From Pigmentiphaga sp. (GTDB lineage: Bacteria > Pseudomonadota > Gammaproteobacteria > Burkholderiales > Burkholderiaceae_B): DNA of 64,000 nucleotides. Every line of letters begins with the position of its first letter. The stretch's first letter is position 1. Location: assembly GCA_023228945.1 (NCBI GenBank), contig JALOAI010000027.1, forward strand, positions 542-64,541, in the 5' to 3' direction. Of this stretch, positions 8,372 to 18,911 are shown piece after piece. The position numbers and the translations under genes were made by a program. Below the pieces are notes generated by a model. That model did no database searches. It was given only the letters and a program-made list of their open reading frames with translations, and was not told the DNA's origin.

Positions 8372-8530
8372 TTTCAACCCAGCTTGACGCAGCAGCTTAT
8401 TGACCAGACCAATACCCAAATCCTTTTTGGGGTGAGGCACGCTGATGTGGCCAGGCAGTGTTGGGTGGCGGAAAGCGTGGTGCAATCCTTTGACGCCATT
8501 CGTCGCTAGAAGTTGGCTGTGAAAATTCAC
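8372..8530 (-). pseudogene. hicA: hicA toxin homologue lacking its stop codon (frame reads on to 8105 across hicB)
   Basis: The GTG frame gives NFHSQLLATNGVKGLHHAFRHPTLPGHISVPHPKKDLGIGLVNKLLRQAGLK, which is HicA-like. Where HicA proteins normally end (..AGLK) the codon is TAT, and the frame continues 88 Arg-rich codons out of frame through hicB. An upstream ATG (MNSE..) is in another frame, and the segment between ..NG and KG.HH is shorter than in HicA proteins I know. Confidence 0.5.
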
Positions 8531-8682
8531 TATTCATCGGATTATGGGGAGTCATGTGGTTTGGTAAGATAGATCAGGTTTCCTGATCCAACGTGCGAGG
8601 CGAGCTCAACTCGATCATGTTAGAAAGCGGAGTGGTAGTGTCACGTAGTGACCTTCAAAGGCCCCGCTCGAAGCTTTTGTTT

Positions 8683-9462
8683 TCAGCCCTTGACCAGACC
8701 GCCATCGACGATGAGGTTCTGGCCCGTGACGGCGCGTGCCCACGGCGAAGCGAAAAACAACACCGCATCGGCAAATTCGGCAGGCGTCGTCACGCGGCGC
8801 AGTGGCGTGCTGGCGGCGATCATGTCGAACACCGCTTCGGGCGTGGCAGCGGACGCATCGGTGGTGCGAAGCAACCCGCCCGAGACCATGTTGACCGTGA
8901 TGCCGGCTGGACCCAGGTCCTGCGACAGCGTGCGCGTCAACGACAGCAGCGCGGCCTTGGCCGCTGTGTAGTCGTGGTAGGGCACGACCGGGTTCTGGAA
9001 CAGGTTGGTGCCGACGTTGATGACGCGCCCGAAACCCGCCGCGCGCATACCCGGCAATGCCGCCTGCACGGTGTTCAAGGCGCCGCGCACGCTGCCTTCG
9101 AGTTGCTGCTGCAAATGTTCCCAGGTCAGCACATCGGCATGCGGGCGGGCGTCGCCGTTGAAGCTGAAGCTGGGCAGTGCGTTGTTGACGACGGTGGTCA
9201 CCGGCTTGACGAAGGTTTGTTGCGCCTGCTGCAGCATGGCTTGCACGGCCTGCCTATCACGCACATCGGCTTGCAGCGCAATGCCGCGCTCCGGCGATTG
9301 CGCGGCCAGCGCCTCGGCAGCCTCCCGGCTTTGGTGGTAGTTGATGATGACGCAGGCGCCCTGCGCCAGAAACGCCTTGCAGATGTCCACGCCCAGGCCG
9401 CGCGCGCCGCCCGTGACCAGAACAACCTGCTGTTGAAGGGAAAGGGAGGTGTTGTGCGGCAT
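8683..9462 (-). CDS. SDR-family oxidoreductase (FabG-like)
   Basis: VVLVTGGARGLG (TGxxxGxG), NNA, and the YxxxK catalytic pair in YHDYTAAKAAL. Confidence 0.85.
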   Translation of the reverse strand: MPHNTSLSLQQQVVLVTGGARGLGVDICKAFLAQGACVIINYHQSREAAEALAAQSPERGIALQADVRDRQAVQAMLQQAQQTFVKPVTTVVNNALPSFSFNGDARPHADVLTWEHLQQQLEGSVRGALNTVQAALPGMRAAGFGRVINVGTNLFQNPVVPYHDYTAAKAALLSLTRTLSQDLGPAGITVNMVSGGLLRTTDASAATPEAVFDMIAASTPLRRVTTPAEFADAVLFFASPWARAVTGQNLIVDGGLVKG

Positions 9463-10001
9463 GTGAACGTCCTTTTAGGGAAAAGACTGGCCGGGGGACG
9501 GCTTTCATGCCGACGATGCGCGGTGTGAAAACCAGGCCTCGCCTATGCGGACATCCCTACGCCAGTACGAGCTGAATCAGGTTCTACGGGTATGTTCTCA
9601 GCCCCACCGTCAGCGGATGGCGGCACCCCGTGTCGTGCTGCGCGAAGATAACATGGCTTGACGCCCGAAGCCCGATCGCCTGAAGTGCGCCACGGCCGGG
9701 ACGAAGCGATGAAGCCGCCGCAGACCTCCAGCATGTTGGTGGTCACGCTTGCCCAAGATGCTGATTCAATCCTCGGTGTCAAGGATGAACAAATGACGAT
9801 GCAAAGACGATAGTGATGTTCACGGTGGTGCTGCAACAGGTGCACGAGGCACAGCCTTACAGCACTGTCCCCAGCGACGCGGATAGGCGCAACACGAAGC
9901 CTCCAGAGCGTCATGCGCCGACACGGAAAGGACAGTCGAATGCTGGTCTCGGTATTCGCTTTTGATTATATTGAATACGTTGATCGCAACAGGATCCAGA
10001 C

Positions 10002-10265
10002 ATGCCCCGGACTACGACCACCACCATGACGGTTCGCCTCAGCGGACCGCTCAGCGATTTCGTCGCCGCCAACGTGGGCGAGCATGGCGATTACGAGAAC
10101 GTCAGCGAATACATGCGTGACCTGATCCGCCGCGACAAGGAGCGCAAGGAGCAGGCAGCCTTTGATCGGCTGAAGGCCGAGTTGACCCATGCTTTCGCGG
10201 CACCGGAGACCCCGTACGGCCCCCTGACGGCGGCCGAGGTGATCGCGCGCAACCAAGAAGGCTGA
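10002..10265 (+). CDS. parD: ParD-family (RHH) antitoxin
   Basis: TVRLSGPLSDFVAANVGEHGDYENVSEYMRDLIRRDKER is typical ParD/CopG-like. It ends 4 nt before the parE-like frame. Confidence 0.8.
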   Translation: MPRTTTTTMTVRLSGPLSDFVAANVGEHGDYENVSEYMRDLIRRDKERKEQAAFDRLKAELTHAFAAPETPYGPLTAAEVIARNQEG

Positions 10266-10269
10266 TGGC

Positions 10270-10577
10270 GTGTCCAAAGTCTTGATTCAGGAGGCCGCTT
10301 CCTGGCGGCTTGACGAAATCTATCGCTACACGCGCGACCGCTGGGGCACGGATCAAGCCGGCCACTACCTCACCGGCCTGTTCGAGGCCTTCGACGGCAT
10401 CGTCACTCTCCTGCACGAACGAATGCACCAACTCGACTGTTTTCGGGACGACTTCGGATCATGAGCGAATCCGTGGCTTCGCGGTCTATGGCATCGTCCC
10501 TGATGGTTCGGTGGAAAATTGAAGTGGTACGGGTGAAGAACCTGCGCGGGGCGACGGCGAGTATCCGGCATAAATAG
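10270..10577 (+). pseudogene. parE: parE toxin gene interrupted by apparently two frameshifts
   Basis: Frame 1 (GTG 10270) reads SKVLIQEAASWRLDEIYRYTRDRWGTDQAGHYLTGLFEAFDGI..., a ParE N-terminus, and stops at 10464. Frame 2 continues ..ERIRGFAVYGIVPDGSVEN*. Frame 3 continues KIEVVRVKNLRG...*, ending at 10577. The summed length of about 102 codons matches an intact ParE. Confidence 0.6.
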
Positions 10578-10685
10578 CCGGGCTAGTCTTCGACGATCCG
10601 ACTGGCGAACCGGGAAACGTTCGGCAAATGTGGAACAACACTGGCGGCCAACGAGGCTGAGAATCGCACAATTGGCTCATGGGGC

Positions 10686-11330
10686 TCACAACCCATCCTC
10701 CACCATCCGCAGCAACCGCGCGCCCAGCGCCGCCCGCGCTGCCTGCGGGGCGCGGCGCAACGGCCCGTCGATGATGAGGAGCGCCATGCCATGTACCGCC
10801 GACCACGCCAGGAACTCGGCGCCGGCCCGCCGGTCCGCCGGCAGCGCTCCCGCCTGCACCATTGCGTCCAGGGCGTAGCCCAGCAACTCGAAGGGGTTGA
10901 GACCTTTGTCGGCGGTGCGCGCCGGATCGGGAGGCAGTTCAACGTCGAACGCGCCCGAGGCGAACGCAGTGAGGAACCATCCCGTTTCCGCTTGTGCGAA
11001 GCTCAGGTAGCCGCGGCCCACGGCGGCCAGCATGCCGCGGGCGCGCTCGATCGGGTCGGATAGCGCCTCGGCCAGTTGCAGTTCGGCTTCGATCGCCTGT
11101 GCCAGCGCTCCCAGGGCCGCCGCGCGCACCGCTTCGAAGAGCGCCTGGTGGCCGGAGAAATGGCGGTAAGCGGCATTGGGCGCCACACCGGCGCGGCGCG
11201 TGGCCTCGCGTAACACCACCGCCTGCGGTCCGCCGTCACGTGCCAGCGCCAGGCCCGCTTCGATCAGTGCGGCGCGCAAGTCGCCGTGGTGGTAGGTCGT
11301 GCGGGGCTGGGTGCGGCGGGCCGAGGCCAT
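10686..11330 (-). CDS. TetR/AcrR-family transcriptional regulator
   Basis: TTYHHGDLRAALIEAGLALARDGGPQAVVLREATRRAGVAPNAAYRHF is a TetR HTH. The start was taken at the internal ATG (MASARR). Confidence 0.85.
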   Translation of the reverse strand: MASARRTQPRTTYHHGDLRAALIEAGLALARDGGPQAVVLREATRRAGVAPNAAYRHFSGHQALFEAVRAAALGALAQAIEAELQLAEALSDPIERARGMLAAVGRGYLSFAQAETGWFLTAFASGAFDVELPPDPARTADKGLNPFELLGYALDAMVQAGALPADRRAGAEFLAWSAVHGMALLIIDGPLRRAPQAARAALGARLLRMVEDGL

Positions 11331-11444
11331 AGAGTCCTTGCAGGCAAACAAAAATTTACAAACCACCCGGGTGTTCCATGTGGACAGTGTTCATTTTAAC
11401 GCCTAGCATGTGAACATCGTCCACACTGAAACGGAATCATTGCC

Positions 11445-11948
11445 ATGGCCCGCCTCGTCTCACGCTTTCAACCTTGCCTGTGGTTCGATACCCAGGCCGA
11501 AGAAGCCGCGAACTTCTATGTTGGTATCTTTCCCGACTCACGTATCCTCAGCGTGTCGTACTACAGCGAAGCGGGGCAGGAACACCACCGTAAACCCGTG
11601 GGGTCGGTAATGACCGTGTCTTTCACGCTCGAGAATCAGGCGATGCTGGCGCTGAACGGCGGGCCACTGTTTCAGTTCAGTCCCGCCGTATCGCTGATGA
11701 TCCTCTGCGATAGCCAGGCCGAGATCGATCATTACTGGAACGCTTTGAGCGAAGGCGGTGATCCCGCAGCCCAGCAGTGCGGCTGGCTGGCCGACCGCTA
11801 TGGCCTGTCGTGGCAAGTCACGCCGCGCGACTGGGAGCGCCTGATGAACGCGCCCGATCACGCCGCCTCGCAGCGTGCCCTGCTGGCCATGCACGAGATG
11901 AAGAAGCTCGACATCGGCGCGCTGCAAGCCGCCTTCGACGGGCGCTGA
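11445..11948 (+). CDS. VOC-superfamily protein (3-demethylubiquinone-9 3-methyltransferase-domain/PhnB-like)
   Basis: FQPCLWFDTQAEEAANFYVGIFPDSRI...CGWLADRYGLSWQV is the hallmark of this family. Confidence 0.75.
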   Translation: MARLVSRFQPCLWFDTQAEEAANFYVGIFPDSRILSVSYYSEAGQEHHRKPVGSVMTVSFTLENQAMLALNGGPLFQFSPAVSLMILCDSQAEIDHYWNALSEGGDPAAQQCGWLADRYGLSWQVTPRDWERLMNAPDHAASQRALLAMHEMKKLDIGALQAAFDGR

Positions 11949-11989
11949 GCCGGCGCCCGAACAGACTTTTCCCGACCTGGAGTCCCGAC

Positions 11990-12442
11990 ATGCAATTCGT
12001 TCCCTATCTCAACTTCGACGGCAATTGCGCCGAAGCCATGGCTTTCTACGCCAAGCTGTTTGGCGGCGAAATCGTTTTCCAGTCCACCTTCGGCGAAATG
12101 CCGCCAGAAGAAGGCATGCCGGCGCTGCCGGAGTCCGCCAAGAGTCGCCTGATGCACGCGCAGCTGAAAGTCGGCGCCCAAACACTGATGGCATCGGATG
12201 CGTTGCCTGCCATGCCGGGATTGGATCCCGAAGTCTGCGGCGGGGGCTACCGGAAGCCGCAAGGCCTGTGGGTCTCGATCGCTATCGAGACCGAAGCCGA
12301 GGGCAAGCGCGTGTTCGAGGGGTTGGCCGAGGGCGGCCAGGTGACCATGCCGTTCGCCAGAACCTTCTGGTCGCCTGGCTTCGGGATGGTAACGGATCGC
12401 TTCGGTACACCCTGGATGGTGAATGTCGCAACCCAACCCTGA
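11990..12442 (+). CDS. VOC-family/PhnB-like glyoxalase-fold protein
   Basis: MQFVPYLNFDGNCAEAMAFYAKLFGGEI...FGMVTDRFGTPWMVN. Start at the internal ATG 11990 of track ORF 11777..12442. Confidence 0.75.
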   Translation: MQFVPYLNFDGNCAEAMAFYAKLFGGEIVFQSTFGEMPPEEGMPALPESAKSRLMHAQLKVGAQTLMASDALPAMPGLDPEVCGGGYRKPQGLWVSIAIETEAEGKRVFEGLAEGGQVTMPFARTFWSPGFGMVTDRFGTPWMVNVATQP

Positions 12443-12525
12443 AGCAGGAGTCTCCCTGAACCCCAATCCCGTGGTCGGGTTCGAGAGCGCGCTGGCCCGG
12501 ACGCCAGCCTGGCATTGCAGTACGC

Positions 12526-13614
12526 TTGAGGCTGTATCTCAATGCCAGTTGGACAAGCGTGCAAGACGATCTGTTTGGAGACCTCATCCCTCAGCCTGTC
12601 GCCAAATCCCGGGCCAAGGCGGCTTCCCGTGCGGATTCGGCGCCGTCCGGCAACCCGGACACGGCCAAAGTGCTTCTCGCTCCCGCCGCGGAGGCTTGGC
12701 GCGAACTGGCGCAGCGGCTACCGGCGCAATTGCGGTTCGGGGGCTCCACCTGGTCTTACCCGGGCTGGCACGGACTGGTCTGGGACGGCAGTTACGATCC
12801 GGGCACGCTGTCGAAGTTCGGTTTGGAGGCTTACCATCGGCACCCGCTGCTGCGTACGGTTTGTGTCGACCGTACCTTCTGGCGTCCACTCACGGTAAGC
12901 CAGTATGCCGCTTATGCCCGCCAGGTGGATGAGGCTTTCCGCTTCGTCGTCAAATGTCCCGCCACCGTCACCGATGCCCAGCTTCGCGGCGAAGAAGGCA
13001 AGGCGCGTGAACTCAATCCGCATTTTCTCGATCCACGCCTGGCCATCGAGCACTTTGTGCAACCGACGCTCGCGGGCCTGGGCACCAAGCTGGGGGTCCT
13101 GGTTTTCCAGCTGAGCCCGCTGCCCTGGGGCATGATCCATCGTCCCGCTTCGTTGTGGAATCGACTCGATCAGATGCTGGCCGCCGTCCGCGACGCCTTG
13201 GCCGCGCATCCCTCCGTGATCGTCGCCGTGGAGGTCCGAGACCCCGAGCTATTGGGTCAGGCCCTGGTCGACACCCTCAGGGCGCACGGCGCCACCTTCT
13301 GCCTGGGCCTGCATGGCAAGATGCCGCCCATCGAGGAACAACTTCCGGTGCTGCGCGCGCTCTGGCCGGGGCCGCTCGTGTGCCGCTGGAACCTGAATCG
13401 CATCTTTGGCGCCTATGGCTACGCCGACGCGCAGAAAAAGCACGATCCCTTCAATGCCATCGTCAGTGAAGACCTCCACACGCGGACAGTGCTGGCGCGC
13501 ACCATTCGCGGCATCACGGGCGCGGGCCAGCCGGCCTACGTGACGATCAGCAACGATGCCGAGGGTTGTGCGCCGCTGTCCATTCAGATGCTCGCCCAAG
13601 CCGTTGCGGCGTAG
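12526..13614 (+). CDS. DUF72-family protein
   Basis: LRFGGSTWSYPGWHGLVW... is the DUF72 N-terminal motif. The start is uncertain: TTG at 12526, or GTG at 12670. Confidence 0.7.
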   Translation: MRLYLNASWTSVQDDLFGDLIPQPVAKSRAKAASRADSAPSGNPDTAKVLLAPAAEAWRELAQRLPAQLRFGGSTWSYPGWHGLVWDGSYDPGTLSKFGLEAYHRHPLLRTVCVDRTFWRPLTVSQYAAYARQVDEAFRFVVKCPATVTDAQLRGEEGKARELNPHFLDPRLAIEHFVQPTLAGLGTKLGVLVFQLSPLPWGMIHRPASLWNRLDQMLAAVRDALAAHPSVIVAVEVRDPELLGQALVDTLRAHGATFCLGLHGKMPPIEEQLPVLRALWPGPLVCRWNLNRIFGAYGYADAQKKHDPFNAIVSEDLHTRTVLARTIRGITGAGQPAYVTISNDAEGCAPLSIQMLAQAVAA

Positions 13615-13630
13615 CTTTTTTTGTCCGAAT

Positions 13631-14035
13631 CTATTCGTCTACCTTCCCCCGCCCCGCCTTCAACGAGGAACGCCGCGCCTTTCCCTCCAGGCGCCTGGCC
13701 ACGGAGGCGCGAGTCGGCCGGGTGGCGCGCCGGGCCTTGGGCGGCACCGCCACGCGATTGACCAGCTCTTCCAGTCGACGCAGGGCTTCGGCGCGGTTTT
13801 TCTCCAGGCTGCGGAATTGCTGCGCCTTGATGATCACGACGCCGTCTTTGCTGATGCGTTGGTCGCCCAATTGCAGCAGCCGCGCGCGGATTTCTTCCGG
13901 CAATGACGAGGCTTCGATATCGAAGCGCAGATGCACGGCGTTCGAGACTTTGTTCACGTTTTGCCCGCCCGAGCCTTGGGCTCGGATCGCGGTGATTTCG
14001 ATGTCGTCGGGCGAAATGATGATACGGGGTCGCAT
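13631..14035 (-). CDS. arfB: alternative ribosome-rescue factor ArfB (peptidyl-tRNA hydrolase, GGQ)
   Basis: IRAQGSGGQNVNKVSNAVHLRFDI plus a basic C-terminal tail (KARRATRPTRASVARRLEGKARRS). Confidence 0.85.
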   Translation of the reverse strand: MRPRIIISPDDIEITAIRAQGSGGQNVNKVSNAVHLRFDIEASSLPEEIRARLLQLGDQRISKDGVVIIKAQQFRSLEKNRAEALRRLEELVNRVAVPPKARRATRPTRASVARRLEGKARRSSLKAGRGKVDE

Positions 14036-14052
14036 GGTGATACGCCTTGCGC

Positions 14053-14907
14053 TCAGGGCTTGTCTGCCGCCGCCCGGCCTGCCTGGCGAGCGGCTTCTTC
14101 TCGGCGCGCCATCTCGATGATTTCCATCACCTCGTCGACGTCGGCGGGTCGATGTTCCGCCTTGACGATCCCGGTGAGCGTGCTATCGGGCCGAAGCTGA
14201 CCCGACTCATACAACGACCAGATCTCCCGGCCGTAGTCGGTGCTCAGGAGTGAGGGTGAAAACTGGCCGAAGTAGGTGGCCAGATTGGCGACATCGCGCT
14301 CGAGCATGCGGCGGGCATTGTTGTTGGCCGCGGCATCGACCGCCTGTGGCAGATCGATGATCACCGGCCCGTCGCTGTCGACCAGGACGTTGTACTCGGA
14401 GAGATCCCCATGCACGATGCCGGCACAGAGCATGCGCACCACCTGGCGTATGAGATCGGCATGAAAGCGATTGGCTTCCTCTTCACTCAGCGCAAGATCG
14501 TTGAGGCGCGGTGCCGGTTCGCCTGCTTCATCGGTCACCAGTTCCATCAGCAGCACGCCTTCATGAAAGTCATAGGGCGTGGGCACACGCACCCCCGCGT
14601 TGGCGAGCACGCGCAGCGCGTCCACTTCGGCGTGCTGCCAGGCGGCTTCCTGCTCCTGGCGACCGTAGCGCGATCCCTTGGCCATGGCCCGGGCTTGGCG
14701 GCTGTTCCGGGTCTTGCGGCCCTCGGTGTAATCGACCGCTTTATGGAACCCGCGTTTGTTGGCTTCTTTATAGACTTTGGCGCAGCGCACGACGTCGCCG
14801 CAGCGAACGACATATACCGTTGCCTCTTTGCCGCTCATCAACTGGCGGATAACGGCGTCGACAAGGCCATCGGTAACCAGGGGTTGGATTCTGCTGGGAA
14901 TTTTCAT
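14053..14907 (-). CDS. RIO1-like atypical protein kinase
   Basis: SGKEATVYVV...CAKVYK...LMELV...IVHGDLSEYNVLV...IIDLPQAV are the RIO kinase motifs. Start at the internal ATG (MKIPSRIQ). Confidence 0.8.
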   Translation of the reverse strand: MKIPSRIQPLVTDGLVDAVIRQLMSGKEATVYVVRCGDVVRCAKVYKEANKRGFHKAVDYTEGRKTRNSRQARAMAKGSRYGRQEQEAAWQHAEVDALRVLANAGVRVPTPYDFHEGVLLMELVTDEAGEPAPRLNDLALSEEEANRFHADLIRQVVRMLCAGIVHGDLSEYNVLVDSDGPVIIDLPQAVDAAANNNARRMLERDVANLATYFGQFSPSLLSTDYGREIWSLYESGQLRPDSTLTGIVKAEHRPADVDEVMEIIEMARREEAARQAGRAAADKP

Positions 14908-15012
14908 GCTTGGGGAGGGGCTCCTGGACGCTTTGCCGCGGATCGGGATCTGGCGGCACGTCATGGTATTCGGTCGTCGGGGGGATCGGTCAGTCGGCCT
15001 CGCTGTCATCGC

Positions 15013-16860
<1,848 letters not shown>

Positions 16861-16962
16861 GATGGCCTCTCAAGGAAACGGCGGACCGCCACAAGTATTC
16901 TGGCTTTCTGGGTGGCTGCCGACTATCGTAGTGCAACAAGTGGTGTCGCGGGAGCGCCGGAT

Positions 16963-17442
16963 TCAGACGCTGGCATCCGGCGCGGCTTCCTGCAATAACC
17001 AATCACGAAACGCCACCAGCCTGGGCAGGTGAGCGCATTCGGGCCGGTAGACAACGTAATAAGCCAGCGCGGATACCAATGGGATCTCGGGAAACAGCCG
17101 TACCACCCGCCCGGCCGCCAAGTCGTCGCCAGCCATCACGCTGCGCGCCAGGGCCACGCCCCGGCCTTCGATCACCGCTTGCAAGACGGCGGCCGAGTTG
17201 TTGATCTTCAGGCCGCGCGAGGTGGCGACGCCCGCGAGGCCTGCTTTTTTGCACCACATCTCCCAGGCGGACGTCGGTATCGGGACAGGCGGCCTGGAAG
17301 CGTTCGAAACGCGGCAGCAGCCGCTTGGCGGCAAACGCGGGACTGACCGTGACGGTCAGCACGCCGCCGCTGCCGGGAAGCTTTGATGGCGGGCGCTGGC
17401 TTCGAAGGCGCGCAAAGCATTCAGGTGCGCCGGATTGCTCAT
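16963..17442 (-). pseudogene. GcvA-like LysR regulator remnant with internal deletions and a frameshift
   Basis: The ATG at 17442 gives MSNPAHLNALRAFEASARHQSF, then a premature stop. A second frame has ..GVLTVTVSPAFAAKRLLPRFERFQAACPDTDVRL. A third has WCKKAGLAGVATSRGLKINNSAAVLQAVIEGRGVALARSVMAGDDLAAGRVVRLFPE... Only about 480 bp remain of an expected 900. Confidence 0.6.
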
Positions 17443-17643
17443 GGTGATAAAGATTTTCTTTGCGAGCGGGAAACTTTATCTCATTTGTGCGGAGCAATAT
17501 TATCGGCCAGAATCCGGGCGGGGTTCACGTCCTCGAGTGCCAGTCATGTCAAGCTTGAAGCGCGAATTCGCTCTCACGAGAGCAAACGCGGCAACGAAAA
17601 GTCAGCTTGGTGCCACGTGCGTAATCAAAAAAATTTGTTTCTT

Positions 17644-18876
17644 ATGGGTAACCACAACACAGCCTCCATGACCGACGCTGCTTCGCTTTTGCCGGAGCAC
17701 GTGCAGCAAGGCAACATCGCACGGCTTGCGATCGCCCAGGCGCTGGCGGGCGCGAACTCGGTGGTGGTTTACGCTACCGGATCCATCGTCGGCAACACCT
17801 TGGCGCCGACGCCGATGCTGGCGACGTTGCCGATCTCCATCTTCGTGGTGGGGATGGCGGCTTGCACGCTTCCCGTTGGCGTGGTCGCCAGGCGCTACGG
17901 CCGGCGTACGGCCTTCCTGTCCGGCACCGGGGCTGGCGTGCTGACCGGCTTGCTGGCCATGCTCGCGGTCATGATCGGGTCGTTCTGGCTATTTTGCCTG
18001 GCCACGTTCTTTGGCGGCGTATATGCGGCGGTGGTGTTGTCGTTCCGCTTTGCGGCGGCCGATGGTGTCGAGCCTAGGCGAAGGGCCCGCGCGCTCTCGC
18101 TGGTCATGGCCGGCGGTGTTGCCGCCGGCATCGTGGGGCCGCAATTGGTGACGTGGACCATGGATTTATGGCCGCCGTATCTGTTTGCCGCCACCTTTCT
18201 GGTGCAGGCCGCCGTTGCCGCGCTGTCGGCTCTCATCCTCCTGGGCGTACAGCTGCCCATGCCAACCGAGCGAGAGATGGCGGGAGGCCGGCCGCTTGCC
18301 GTCATCGCCAGGCAGCCGCGCTTTATCGCCGCCGTGATCTGCGGCGCGGTCTCCTATATGCTGATGAACTTTCTGATGACGGCGGCGCCTCTGGCCATGT
18401 ATATGTGTGGCCATTCGCAGCAGTCGGCCAATCTGGGTTTGCAGTGGCACGTCATCGCCATGTATGCGCCAAGCTTCTTTACGGGCAGCCTGATCGCGCG
18501 CTTCGGTGCCGGCCGCGTGGCGACGGCGGGGCTGGCGCTCACCGGGTTGTCCGCCGCCGTGGGGCTGGCGGGCATCGACGTCATGCATTTCTGGTGGGCG
18601 CTCATCCTGTTGGGCGTGGGATGGAACTTTGGTTTTCTGGGCGCCTCCGCCCTGGTGTTGGAGTGCCACCGGCCCGAGGAGAAAACGCGGGTGCAATCGC
18701 TCAACGACTTCATTGTTTTCGGGTTGATGGCCATTGGCTCGTTCTCGTCCGGAGGGCTGCTGGCGGCGTACGGATGGGATACCGTGCTCTGGGTGTCTTT
18801 TGCGCCGCTGGCGCTGTCGGTGGTGGCGCTTGCGCTGGCGATGCGCAGAACGACGCGCGATGCCGCCGGCGGCTAA
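17644..18876 (+). CDS. MFS transporter
   Basis: 12-TM-like hydrophobic profile with the loop motif GVVARRYGRRTAF. The start is uncertain (ATG 17644 or 17668). Confidence 0.8.
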   Translation: MGNHNTASMTDAASLLPEHVQQGNIARLAIAQALAGANSVVVYATGSIVGNTLAPTPMLATLPISIFVVGMAACTLPVGVVARRYGRRTAFLSGTGAGVLTGLLAMLAVMIGSFWLFCLATFFGGVYAAVVLSFRFAAADGVEPRRRARALSLVMAGGVAAGIVGPQLVTWTMDLWPPYLFAATFLVQAAVAALSALILLGVQLPMPTEREMAGGRPLAVIARQPRFIAAVICGAVSYMLMNFLMTAAPLAMYMCGHSQQSANLGLQWHVIAMYAPSFFTGSLIARFGAGRVATAGLALTGLSAAVGLAGIDVMHFWWALILLGVGWNFGFLGASALVLECHRPEEKTRVQSLNDFIVFGLMAIGSFSSGGLLAAYGWDTVLWVSFAPLALSVVALALAMRRTTRDAAGG

Positions 18877-18911
18877 TGTTTCACGGGGCGCGCTAAGGCG
18901 AACGATACGTC

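Noticed and set aside
9463-10001. 123-aa minus-strand ORF 9543..9914 and other frames in the SDR-parD gap
   Set aside because: The composition and lack of motifs argue against coding. It is treated as an intergenic or degenerate spacer.
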